64,000 bases of DNA from contig JAAOMT010000098.1 in NCBI GenBank assembly GCA_016748015.1, positions 62,310 through 126,309 of the forward strand. Direction: 5' to 3'. Position 1 is the first letter of the stretch. Each line of letters begins with the position of its first letter. Positions 15,006 to 27,130 of this stretch are shown here, in pieces. This DNA is from Geosiphon pyriformis uo1 (taxonomy: Eukaryota > Fungi > Glomeromycota). The notes under the pieces are model-generated. The model searched no databases and was not told the DNA's origin. It saw only the letters and a list, made by a program, of their open reading frames with translations. Made by a program: the position numbers and the translations under genes.

Positions 15006-16125
15006 ATGTCTTTATTCATTCGTAGCCACGAAAATCCAGATCAAGGCTCTTCAACAAACTCATCATATCTATCGCAAAGTATATTGACACGACCACTACG
15101 GACTTTGACAACAACAACAACAACAACACCATCATCATCATCAACATCAACATCAACATCTTATTATCAACAAGTTCAGTCACGAAATGAACCAGGCATC
15201 ATTGAATCTGAGTCGTTTAATCTTATTTGTCGATGGGGAGATTGTAATTTCCAAGCAAGCTCTATGAAAGAAATTTATGCACATGGTGAAGCTGAACATC
15301 TTAGAAGATTAAAAAAGGAAATGAAATTTCATTGCGATTGGGGTTTATGTCCCACGTTCACAGATAGCCAAGAGGAATTAATAGAGCATATATTAAAGAA
15401 TCATTTGGGTGCCGTGAAGAATGATTGCGGGGTTTATGGTCCAGATGATGGGTTTAGATCCAAAATTTTTGAAAATCGATATCATGAGGCAAGCAAAATC
15501 ATTTGAGTTTTCAATTACGATTTGCAGTTTTCAAGAAAGTTTTCTTTTTCGTTTTTTTTTTGTTTTTTTTAAACAGCGTCTTGTTGAACTAAAAGCTCAA
15601 AATAAGAAACTGTTACAATACCTGACTCCATTGAAAGAAGAAAATCAACGTCTCCTTGCCATCAATTTACAAGACAAGGAACATCAAAAACAATTAGATA
15701 AGGAGCTACGATATCACCAATCCTTCGTCGAGATTATGCATCAACAAAATCGGAAATCACATGATAGAATGCGTCAGCTGGCTATGGAGGATTATAGTTC
15801 AAACAAGAGAAAGCCTGAAGACGTTGAGGTGATTGTGATTGATGATGATAGTGAAGATGAAGATGAATATATTCCAACAAATACATCAAGTAGCAGCTCA
15901 AACCGATCAACTAACGCTAAAAGACATCGATTAGATCAGGCCAAAGAAATCGAAGAGTTCAATTCATCAGCTCATAGAAAGCATAAAGACCGACTCGATT
16001 TTTTGCAACTCGATGGATTTACATGCGAATGGGTAAATTGTGGAAAAGATTTTTTAAATGAATTTGAATTGGCAGCCCATATTCGTCGAGCCCATTTTGT
16101 TACTACTTTTGGCAAGAGGAAGTGA
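15006..16125 (+). CDS. C2H2 zinc-finger protein with central coiled coil (exons 15006-15488 and 15577-16125)
   Basis: Three C-x4-C...H-x4-H fingers (CRWGDC, CDWGLC, CEWVNC). The two overlapping ORFs join in phase 0 through GAG|gcaagc ... poly-T aaacag|CGT. Heptad-like RLVELKAQNKKLL..., a basic NKRK and an acidic stretch follow. Confidence 0.8.
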
Positions 16126-17232
16126 AAACGTAAAATGAGAAATCATTTTTATCTTAATAATGGGTAAAATTTTATCGGGAAAATTGTTCACTATGAATCA
16201 GATACAGGTATATTTAGGACACTGGCTTGTGAGCTGTAGTCATGATTCAATGTCAAAATTTTGTATGTCGCAATTTTATCACATGAAAATTTTCGGGAAG
16301 CAGTTGTAGAATAGGGACATTTGAAATGAAAAATTTATAAGAATTAACAGCATTTAGACCCTGCGAACATTGCCCTGCAGTAGTTTTCAGCCATTAGTAA
16401 GCATTATAAGCGAGAAAGACGGAAAGAATTCTTTTTCATAGTGAATGATAAATATCAGCTTTACGGCGCTTCCTTCTAACGTTTAATTTGCGAGGATTTG
16501 CAAAAATTTATAAGACCAAAAAATTGGTCAATTTATATTTCAAAGAAAATCAATAACCGCTAAATTTATCATTTATCAACACCTGAAATCAATTAACTGT
16601 TAGGGTTTTAATCACTTATAAATATTTCAACTCTAAGGAATTTCAAGCAACAAGAAACTCAATCCAATTAAAGATTGAACTAGCAAATCATTTGATAACA
16701 TAGAATTAATACGATGAATGTAGTCCTGCTTCAAAATCTAATAATACAAATAAACTCAAATAATAAAATAATGTTACATCAATTATTGCAAGGTTTAAAA
16801 GAAAATTTTATTAAAATTCTAATCTAAGCAATATACTATGATTTTTTTTTTGTAAAAGTTTTTGCAAGTTGATTCAAAACATTCTTCCTGGATTGTATAT
16901 TAAAATTAATTGCTTTGACATTTATATTTAAACAAATAATAATCACTGTTATAATTTTTCAAAAATGAGTAATTGGTATTTTTATAATAAATTAATTAAA
17001 ATTAGTTTTACTTTTGAAATAATTTAAAACCCATAATCATTTGTCAAAAATTATTTAATAAAAACAAATAAATATTTGCAAAAAAAAAGGGTTATGATTA
17101 TAAAAACAATCATAATGTACTTTAATCCGAAAATTAAAAAATGTATTCAAAAACATTTAAAATTTAAATTAATAGTAAATATAAATATAAGTAAAATTTT
17201 AAATACGTGTTTGAAATGTTAAAGAACGACTC

Positions 17233-17470
17233 TACAACAACAACAACAACAACAACAACAATAACAATAACAACAACAACAACGCCAATGCGCATTCATC
17301 CAGGAGCAGTTTATACAAGTCGTCTTTTAACTTTACAAATAATTGAAAAAACAAAAGGTTAATTTATCATGTTTATAAGTTATAAACATTTTAATTAAAA
17401 TAATTTAATATGCTTAACTTTCTTTTCAATTATAATTTTTAAAATAGATGTTATCTACCTTCCATAGACG
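17233..17470 (+). pseudogene. Orphan 3' fragment of a TKL kinase, preceded by (AAC)n
   Basis: 17294-17368 (attcatccaggagcagtttatacaagtcgtcttttaact...acaaaaggtta) closely matches 60291-60365, reading IHPGAVYTSRLLTLQIIEKTK plus the donor site. No kinase domain lies upstream. Confidence 0.8.
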
Positions 17471-18496
17471 ACTCTTAAAGTGATGAATGCCTTTTTTTAT
17501 TTAGTTATCTATTTTATTATATAGATTATTTTTTTAATATTCAAAAATATAAATAATTCAAATTAAATTTATTCAGTTCGTAATTAGTTTAGACTTTTAT
17601 TTTTTAAATTTTTTTAAACAATAAATTAAATTTTATCCACTCAAATAAATTCACTTTTATTTTTACTATATTAAAATTTTTTAATTTTTTAAAAAACCTT
17701 TCAGTGTAAAACTATTTAATTCCTTATATTTTTCTTCTAATAAAATATTTAAATTTATTGCTTGAAAACCAATGTAAGATTTATCTGATATATTGAAATA
17801 ATTCTTTTATTGAATCATTTTCTTCTTAACCAAACTATTACTAGATTATCATTTAATGTTAGCATTATGATTCATTATTATTATTAAAATACCATTTTTA
17901 TATTTTTTAAATTCCAACAATAAATGTACTATGATCAATCTCATAAATTTGAAAAAAATTATTATTATTCAATACAATAAAAATTTCTTATTCTTATCAA
18001 ACAAAAAATTTAATACAGATTTTTTTTGAATAATATATTTTTTTATGATTTTTTTTTCAATATATTATTAACTGAACATATGGTGATTGAAAACCCAAAA
18101 ACATTTTAAAATTTTATTTTTTACATTGAATTAAATTTTCATCTGCATTTTTTTTTGAATTAATATAAATAATTAAAATTAAAATTGAGGAGTTTAAAAT
18201 AGATTTTTGAATATATTATTATGCCTTCTAAATACTTAAACAATTTCAATTGCCCAAATATTAAGTAAATATCTCAAATATCTTCAAATGCCATGAAAAA
18301 TTTGATTTATGGTAAATAAGTTCTAAAGTTTGGATAATAAATACCTGTCAGCTTTATAATTTTCAGATTTATTTTTGATTAAAAAATTTGAAATCAAATT
18401 AAGAATAAAATAGAGTATTATTACTGTTTAAATAATTTGTATACAATATATGGGTGTTTAATTTATCTATTAAATAAAATTAGCGAAATTATGAAT

Positions 18497-21400
18497 TTAA
18501 ATTATCATCAAAACAAAACTTAAAATTCCAACAAAGGCCAGAATAAATACAGTATTCCCTGTTGTTCGACTTATACCTAGAGAAGTCTCCCCTACTAATC
18601 CATTTTTAGTTTGTGGATTATAGCTTGTAGGTTTAAAATACCAACCAGTATCACCACCCCAATTTACAACGATAGTTTTTACTGGCTCATTTTGATTTTC
18701 ACCAAGTTTTGAACTTGGATTTTCTTTTGAAATAGAGAATGGGTTTAAGGTTATTGAGGTCGGATCTACCGAGGTTCTGAAAAATAATGAGATTGGATTA
18801 TCAAGGTTAAAATGGGCATCAAATATGCTAGAAAACTTTTGTACTGTGAAAAAACATAATCTGGTACCGGATAATAGTAATCGATGTGGACATGTATGAG
18901 CCTGTAATAATTGATCTTTGCAAATGGAGATAGTTAGTTTTAATATTTCTGTAAATTTTACGCCAGCACATAAGAACATTTTTTGCCTTACTTTGAAATA
19001 GTAGGATTTATAGGTTGATCTGTTGGAGATATTGAAGTTACAGAAGTGATTGGATTTGTGCTAATTTTCCAAAAAAAGCCATTAACATATAATTGAAAAA
19101 TCGAAGTTTCAAAGTTTAATAAAAACCAAACATACTATGTTACTGGTATCCCTGTTAGTGTTACGCTTTTAAATAGAGCCCTAATGAAAAAAACCAGAGA
19201 TAGAATTATATTTTGAACTTTCATTAAACGATAATTTTGAAAAATTTTCTGCTTCTGAACTTACACACTATTTTCGCCAGTTGGTGTAAGAATGAGTCCA
19301 CTGCTAGATAATTAAAATTAATTTTGTCAATGAGGGTAAGGAATATGTGAGAAATTGGAATTCATAAATCTGACATAATTTGTTCTTACGATTGAAATGA
19401 TTCTGAATGTATTCCGTCTGATCCTATTAACGAGGGCTTAGCTACGGGTGTGATGGATGATTGAAAAGTTAGTTCAGCTATAGGTGAAGATTCACTTATG
19501 GGTGTGATCGGTGGTATGAACTTTGTCATTGCAGTTATGGGTGTAGTCGGTGTTTGAGAGCTTGAAGTTTGAGCTATAGGTACATTCGGTGAAGGTTTAG
19601 CTATAAGTGTAATCGGTGTTTGAGATGAAGTCTTAACTATAGGTATGCTTGGTGTTTGGGTGGTTGTTGCAATAGAAGAGGAAGGTTGAATTATGTGTGT
19701 AATTAGTGTTTGAGAGATAGGTGTGATCGGTGTTTGACTGGTTGTTGCAATAGAAGAGGAAAGTTGAATTATCTGTGTAATTGGTGTTTGAGAGGTTGAG
19801 GTTTGAAGTATGGTATTTGCTGAAGGTTTGACTATAGGTGTGATCGGTGTTTGACTGGTTGTTGCAATAGAAGAGGAAAGTTGAATTATCTGTGTAATTG
19901 GTGTTTGAGAAGTTGAGGTTTGAACTATGGTATTTGCAGTAGGTTTGACTATAGGTGTGATCGGTTTTTGAATGGTTGCTGCAATAGAATAGGAAGGTTG
20001 AATTATGGGTGTAATTGGTGTTTGAGAAGTTGAGGTTTGAACTATGGTATTTGCTGAAGGTTTGACTATTGGGGTGATCGGTGTTTGACTGGTTGTTGCA
20101 ATAGAAGAGGAAAGTTGAATTATCTTTGTAATTGGTGTTTGAGAAGTTGAGGTTTGAAGTATGGTATTTGCTGAAGGTTTGACTATAGGTGTGATCGGTG
20201 TTTGACTGGTTGTTGCAATATGAGAGGAAGGTTGAATTATGGGTGTAATTGGTGTTTGAGAAGTTGAGGTTTGAACTATGGTATTTGCTGAAGGTTTGAC
20301 TATAGGTATGATCGGTGTTTGACTGGTTGTTGCAATATGAGAGGAAGGTTGAATTATGGGTGTAATTGGTGTTTGAGAAGTTGAGGTTTGAACTATGGTA
20401 TTTGCTGAAGGTTTGACTATAGGTATGATCGGTGTTTGACTGGTTGTTGCAATATGAGAGGAAGGTTGAATTATGGGTGTAATTGGTGTTTGAGAAGTTG
20501 AGGTTTGAACTATGGTATTTGCTGAAGGTTTGACTATAGGTATGATCGGTGTTTGACTGGTTGTTGCAATATGAGAGGAAGGTTGAATTATGGGTGTAAT
20601 TGGTGTTTGAGAAGTTGAGGTTTGAACTATGGTATTTGCTGAAGGTTTGACTATAGGTGTGATCGGTATTTGACTGGTTGTTGCAATATGAGAGGAAGGT
20701 TGAATTATGGGTGTAATTGGTGTTTGAGAGGTTGAGGTTTGAACAATGGTATTTGCAGTAGGTTTGACTATAGGTGTGATCGGTGTTTGACTGGTTGTTG
20801 CAATAGAAGAGGAAAGTTGAATTATCTGTGTAATTGGTGTTTGAAAGGTTGAGGTTTGAACTATGGAATTTGCTGAAGGTTTGACTATAGGTGTGATCGG
20901 TGTTTGACTGGTTGTTGCAATAGAAGAGGAAAGTTGAATTATCTGTGTAATTGGTGTTTGAGAGGTTGAGGTTTGAACTAGATTTGCCGAAGTTTTAGCT
21001 ATAGCTGTGATCGGTTGGGTGTTATAGGAATGTTCAATGGGTGCAATTGGTGTTTCAGAAGTTTTGATTATAGTTTTCATCGATGTTTGAATGGAAGATG
21101 AAGGTTGAATCATGGGTGTAATCGGTTTTTGAAAGGTATTTTGAAGAGCATCTATTCTTTTAAAGATTTTAGCTTGTGATTTCTCAATTTCTGAAAGGGA
21201 AGATTTTCTCACTGACGAATCTGGTCTTTGAAGAAGAATTAAAAAAAATAGAGTTCAATTTCGATATGACATTGATGCAAATCAGAAATCATTTTTCTAT
21301 TTTTCAGATAAAAGATACTTCATAATTGCCCTATCATTGAAGAAGTATCAAAAAAAAAGCTGCTTACAGTTTGAGATTAATAGAGCCTGAATCAATTGAT

Positions 21401-21543
21401 CGAATTGGATTTCTTTTCACTTCTTTTCTGATCTTGATCATATTAGCGTTGACACTTGGGAACTGTCCAAAATGAAAAAGTAGACATGAAAATAAAAGGA
21501 GTAACGTGAAATTTGTGAATTTATATAAAGTTTTTAATTCCAT
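18497..21543 (-). CDS. Mucin/flocculin-like Thr/Ser/Pro/Ile-rich surface protein with signal peptide and GPI-like tail. Exons 21543-21368, 21225-19390, 19303-19265, 19180-19136, 19060-18992, optional 18901-18845, 18776-18497
   Basis: N-terminus MELKTLYKFTNFTLLLLFSCLLFHFGQFPSVNA, a 608-aa repeat ORF, GT-AG junctions in frame, and the C-terminus GNTVFILAFVGILSFVLMII*. Confidence 0.8.
19720..20980 (-). repeat. Coding minisatellite, 117-bp (39-aa) unit, about 10.5 copies
   Basis: Unit TSTSQTPITPIIQPSSHIATTSQTPIIPIVKPSANTIVQ. The motif aaggtttgactataggtatg recurs at 20291, 20408 and 20525. Confidence 0.95.
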
Positions 21544-22171
21544 TTTTGCTCTCAAGGAAACGTTTCTTTAGGATACTTTCGATTAAAATTTTTTTCTTTT
21601 AAAAAATATTTTCAAATTTCAACGTGGAAAATAGAAAGAATTCAAAACCTCCCCAGTTTAGAGTAGCTTTGATCTTTGTTGTCAGACACAATAGTTGATC
21701 TTATATTCTCATATATCAAAAAGGTGTTACAAAAGACACTAATTCCTGGTTACACTTATATATATATATATATATATATGCTATTGAAAGTTTTTAATTC
21801 ATGTTAGATTAAAATTTCTGACATTATGGAGTACAAGTTAAACTTGTGACTGCAATAGTAGAGATCTTAAAGAAGACAAATATGGTTGAGGCGCAGTATG
21901 GTGACAAGTGAAATCAAAAGATTAATTGATGCGTTTACTATTATGGAGAAAAATTTTTTACCTGTCTAAATACAAGCCGAAATTCTTTGAAATAAAGTAA
22001 AAATTTCAAAATTTATGAGTTGAACTCGGAATTATTTGAAATAATACTAATGATTGGAATTTTTATAATTTGATCTTAAACCATAAAGCATAGCATATAA
22101 TAGTCCTTATATATTTAACCTCACTATAAATTATAAATGGCTATTAAAAAAATTTTTTTAATAGATGATGA

Positions 22172-23520
22172 TCATTTATTCTGGCCAGAATACCGATAAA
22201 TGACGATTGAGTTCTCATACTCTTCAACTTCATTTCGAAATTCGGTGAGAGTAGCCTCGAATTCTTCTGATGATTGACTGGTGAATTCGAGCAAAGACTT
22301 TTTAATTGATTGCCAGGTTTCTATGAAATTTTCCAAGTACTAGAATACAATGTGTTAAAAAAAAAGATTGTTGATAATTTTTTAATTAAGAAAAATTAGT
22401 TTGAAATAAATTTTTTTTTGATAAAAAATTACCTGTGTGCCAAGTTCACCACCAGCTTTACCAAGCTTAAGTTCTCTAAGCTGATGTCCAAAATTTGTCC
22501 AATTTTCTGAAGTTTCAAGTAATTGAGGTATTACCGTGTAATAACTTGTGCTCACACCAGTAGCGTGTAATAATCCAATCACTATCAAATTATTAAATAA
22601 TCACGCACGTATTTAAGTATTAATAAAAATTAGATAAAGTCATCTTTCATTATAGAAAGAGTTCATCACTCACTTGCATCAACCATTCTCTTTCCAGCAT
22701 CCCCTCGATTTTTTATTGTAAAATCAATCTCGGTCCAGTTAATCCATCCACCCATTTTTAAAACTCTTGTCAATTCAGGTAAAAGATACGTTTCCCATTG
22801 GCGCAAGGAGAAACAAGACGCGATATTCGACATTGAAAGTAAATCAAATGTATTTTCTTCAAATGGTAAACCTTCAAGTAAATCGGTTTGAATAAATTCT
22901 ACATTGCTAGGAAGGTTATCAATTGGAAATAGTGTGACTATATCTAAGCCTATAAAGGATGATTGTGGATAATCGCGGGCCATGTCAAGGACCCATTCAC
23001 CTGATCCACATCTATTTAATTTAAAAGGAAAGCAAAATCAATAATGAATAAAAAAATTGTTTTTAATTAATATTGAAAGAGTTTTTTTTAAATTATTATT
23101 ATTGCATTTCAAATAAACTTTTCATACCCAATTTCAACAACCTTACAACCTTGTTTCAAAATTTCATGGACAGGTGCCAAAAAATTACCTTTAAACAATT
23201 TTTTAATAAGGAAATGTTGTACTCTTGAACGTTCAGCTTCAATCTCATCTACTGGCTTTAAATATAACAAAAGATTATAATTTCTTATTTATTTTTTCTT
23301 TCATTCAATCTTAATGATATCACATCTTTTTTTTTTTTTCAATGTATTTCAAAATACCCACCAAAATACGAGCACTATAATTCTCTTGCACAAAAAATTT
23401 TCGACCACCAGAAATACGATATCTACTATCTACTGATAATACTGAAGGCGAGGCTGAATTATTATTTTTTTTTGATTTCTTTGATATAAAACGACTACGT
23501 TTCGAGCTAGTATTTCCCAT
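22172..23520 (-). CDS. Class I SAM-dependent methyltransferase (LaeA-like/Methyltransf_25 type). Exons 23520-23362, 23255-23128, 23011-22674, 22581-22433, 22339-22172
   Basis: The spliced product contains LPVDEIEAERSRVQHF, motif I VVEIGCGSGEW, FIGLD, LPFEENTFD and RVLKMGGW. The N-terminal MGNTSS is myristoylation-like. Confidence 0.9.
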
Positions 23521-24693
23521 TTCTTTTAATTAATTAATCGATTATTCTTTGAAAAAGAAAGATGAATTCTTTTGATAACTATTTAAAGTTCAAATTACCA
23601 TTCTCATTACCATTTTTTTACCCATATTGCTATTTATGGTAAGTTGTCCCCCAGGCATCAAAAATGGAGTACATACTTGATCACAGATTTTCAATATAGA
23701 GAGAGAGATCACCAATGATTGAACTATCCTTCAAGTTAATCTCTTATATACATGATATTCCTATCGATAGGATAATTTGACTATTTTCTTTTTTATTATT
23801 AGATGCATTGGGGGGAATTGTAACGGTACAAAATCCAATCAAAATATCGAATTTTTTGATTCGATAGATACTAAAATTTTTACAAGTTTTTTAATCAGTC
23901 CTAGTGCATTGATGTACTTGTCGTGAATCGTTATCAAATATTTTATTCGATTTGAAAGAGAAGAAATCAATGTGATAATTATAAATACTTACCGAAAAAG
24001 TTTAAATTTTTTTTTTTTGAGTACAAGATCTGAAGGCATAAATTTATAATAAGTTTAAATTTTACCAATAAATTTTTATACATGAATAAGATAAAATGTT
24101 ATAGAAATTAAATTTTTTTGGATAATTGTAATTTGAATACCTTTGCAATTATTTTAATACCTTTGCAATTTAAAAATAGATTAAAATACACAAATAAAAA
24201 TGAAATAAAATATTTATACATGCATAAAATAATAATTTAAATTTATTTATTAACAATACCAATAAGAATTTTTTTAGTTTGTTTAAAGAAATAAAAAAAA
24301 AAATTTTGAAATTTTTTGGATACAAACATATTGAATTTGCCATCTTGGGTTTATAAAAATAAAATTTGATAGTACATAATAATTTTTTTAATAAAGTATT
24401 AAAAAAAAAGAAGTGAATTAATATAGTTCATTATCTCACAATGTTTTTGTGTTTGTCATTCAAAAAGTGTTGAGCATAGATTATGATGAAATCATTAGTC
24501 AAGATTAATCAGTTTGATTTTTTTTTAGTATCAAAAGCTTTAAAAAAATCAATCTAAAGGCATTTCTCAAATTTGATTTGATTGAAAATAACAAACCTCT
24601 GCTCTTCGTTATAAATTTTGCTTTTGATCTTATATCTAAAATAAAAAATAAAAAAGTAGAGAAAATAAAGAACTCCTATGTAAAATTGAAAAA

Positions 24694-25041
24694 ATGTTTG
24701 TTACAATTTATTCCAACCACATTTTATCCTCTATTTTTCTTTTCATTCAAGTCATATCAATCAATCACTTTTTTTATTCCATTACAACTAAGGCTCATCC
24801 ATTACCATGGAAGGCAGATAAAGAAGCAGCAGCAACACAACAAGGTCCTTTGGCAGGTGTCGACCTTTCACCCTATCCAAATATCGATCCATCTCTTTTG
24901 AATGGTATTGTCAACGAATATACCGAACCTCCAAAACCAGGGTCAGCAACTAATTCCAAACCAAACGATCAAAATTTTATTGGTAGTTTATTAAATGATC
25001 TCCAAAATCCGAATCAACGACCTAAACAGCAACAAAAACAA

Positions 25042-25073
<32 letters not shown>

Positions 25074-25542
25074 GCCATCTGCTGAAAAACCAGTTATTAA
25101 GCCATTGAAACATGAAAAACCGAAATCTGAGCCACAACGAGCTCTGACTTCTGAAAGTCAACCTACAGGCGTGGGAACATCAAAGCAGCAACAGACTCCG
25201 ACTAATAATGGACAAACCCCTACTAAAAGTGAGGGTGGAGATTTACCAAATAACAACCAATCTGTCGTGATTAATAAAGATGAAACAAATTCCACTCTTG
25301 AAAACCCAGTTGCACAATCTACGAATCAAACTCAGTCTGTAAATACAAATCCTGAACAATCGAATGAAAATGTGCCCACCCAACCTGTTGCTGATGGCAG
25401 TCTAGCGGGAAACATACCACCAACCCAAACAGGAAACTACAAGGTTTCACCTTCAGATTCCCAAACCCAAACCCAAACACAAACACGAGCAGACGCATCA
25501 GCTAGTTTACCGGTCAATAATACAATAAAAAGTCCAAAATAG
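24694..25542 (+). CDS. Putative secreted low-complexity Gln/Asn/Thr/Pro-rich protein
   Basis: 282-aa single ORF with higher GC than its flanks, a hydrophobic N-terminus followed by KA-HPLP, and poly-Q. Confidence 0.65.
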
Positions 25543-26164
25543 GTTTCCACTTAGATAAACTTTGAAATTAAAAATTTACCTTTTCAATCAATAAAAAAAA
25601 ACTATAGCGGAATAGTTCATTTTTGATCTACAAACTAAATTTTAAACTGAAAAATATAAAAATCATTAAACTAAGCACATTTCTAACTGGCTTACAAATA
25701 AATCTAAAATTTTTATCTCATGCTTTCTCATTATCGCCTCATTCAAAATCTTAAATCGTAACACGTGGATATATAACAAAACGTTACATTAAAACTTAAA
25801 TTTTTGAAATTTTTAATTTCAAAAGTAATTTATGCAACAGTTTCGTTTTTATATATATATTAAACCAATAGGAGTTCATTAGTGTCGTATTTTTCTATTA
25901 AAGTTTAAATAATGTACAAATGTTTTGCTTATTTGTTTATTGTTTTTTTTATTCAAAAAATTAAAAAGGAAATAGTTCTTTGAATTCCAAGATAAATTTT
26001 TTATAATATATCATTTTTTCTTTTATAGTCTTTTTGGATTAATTACTTTTGTAAAATTAAAAATAAATATTTTTCATTTTTGAATTATAAACGAAAAAGA
26101 ATGGTTTGTTTGATTTTTTATCATAAATTATTTTTGATCCCAAAAATCTATTCCGTTTGGTTTA

Positions 26165-26211
<47 letters not shown>
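26165..26211. repeat. (AAT)n microsatellite
   Basis: Directly visible; similar tracts occur at 35947-35987 and 39312-39387. Confidence 0.9.
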
Positions 26212-26213
<2 letters not shown>

Positions 26214-27130
26214 GAAAAAAAATATACCAGATTCTTATAAAGTAAATTTACTAATTGGTTAACATTTTAATTAAAATTCTAAAAAATAAAATTAATTTTT
26301 ATCCACCCTAATGATATTGGGTTTTATGTTTAAGCTCGTATTTTTAAGAAATTAATTTCAATTTTTAAAAAATTTGTCAATTTAGGAATTGAAATGAAAT
26401 TAGGTAGCGTAGCAATTCTCTTCCAAATTTATTTAAAATACCGGGCCAACGCGAAAATTAATTTTATCAAACTTGAACGATTAAACACGACAATTTCAAA
26501 CATTGACATTAATCGAAATTCGTTTTTTAATATCAAATTTTATTTGAAAAAAAGAAAATATTTAAAAAAAACATTGTCACATTTAAATTTTTATGTGAAG
26601 GAGAAATTTTCTATATACAACAGAGTTTGATCGCATAAACTCTTTTTATCTCTGGAAAAACTTGTATATCGTATCCCCTTTTCCTATTCTCTTCAAAGAC
26701 AAACCGAAAACCTTTATCAAAAAAGTATTCATTATGGATCCAAATGAATGCAATTCACATAGAATTGTGATGTTCCGTTAATTACCTCAATCCTCGAATA
26801 TATATATTTTTTGATTATCAATTATTTGTTATTAAGAATTCCGTTCCTCTTGATAATAAATAAACTTCCTCTTCTGAAAGCTCTCTAGGCTTCATGGTAT
26901 TGTAGCCCTAGTTGGTAGGCAGCCAGGGACGTTTACCAAAATTTATCATACTTCAGAAATTGAATTTTTGTGCCTACTTTCATGAGTTAATCAAAAAGTA
27001 TTTCAGTAACAATTCAATTTATAAACCTCAAATATTTCTTCATACCAAAAAGAAAATTTTCTCAATAGGTAATATTTATCCAAGTCAGAACCTGGATATT
27101 GATTTTAAATAAAATTTTCCCAAGAGAACC

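Noticed and set aside
15421-15506. Programmed ribosomal frameshift between overlapping zinc-finger ORFs
   Set aside because: An in-phase intron with a strong acceptor explains the overlap more simply.
19720-20980. Regular repeats as a CRISPR-like array
   Set aside because: Contiguous in-frame coding repeats with no unique spacers, in a eukaryotic context.
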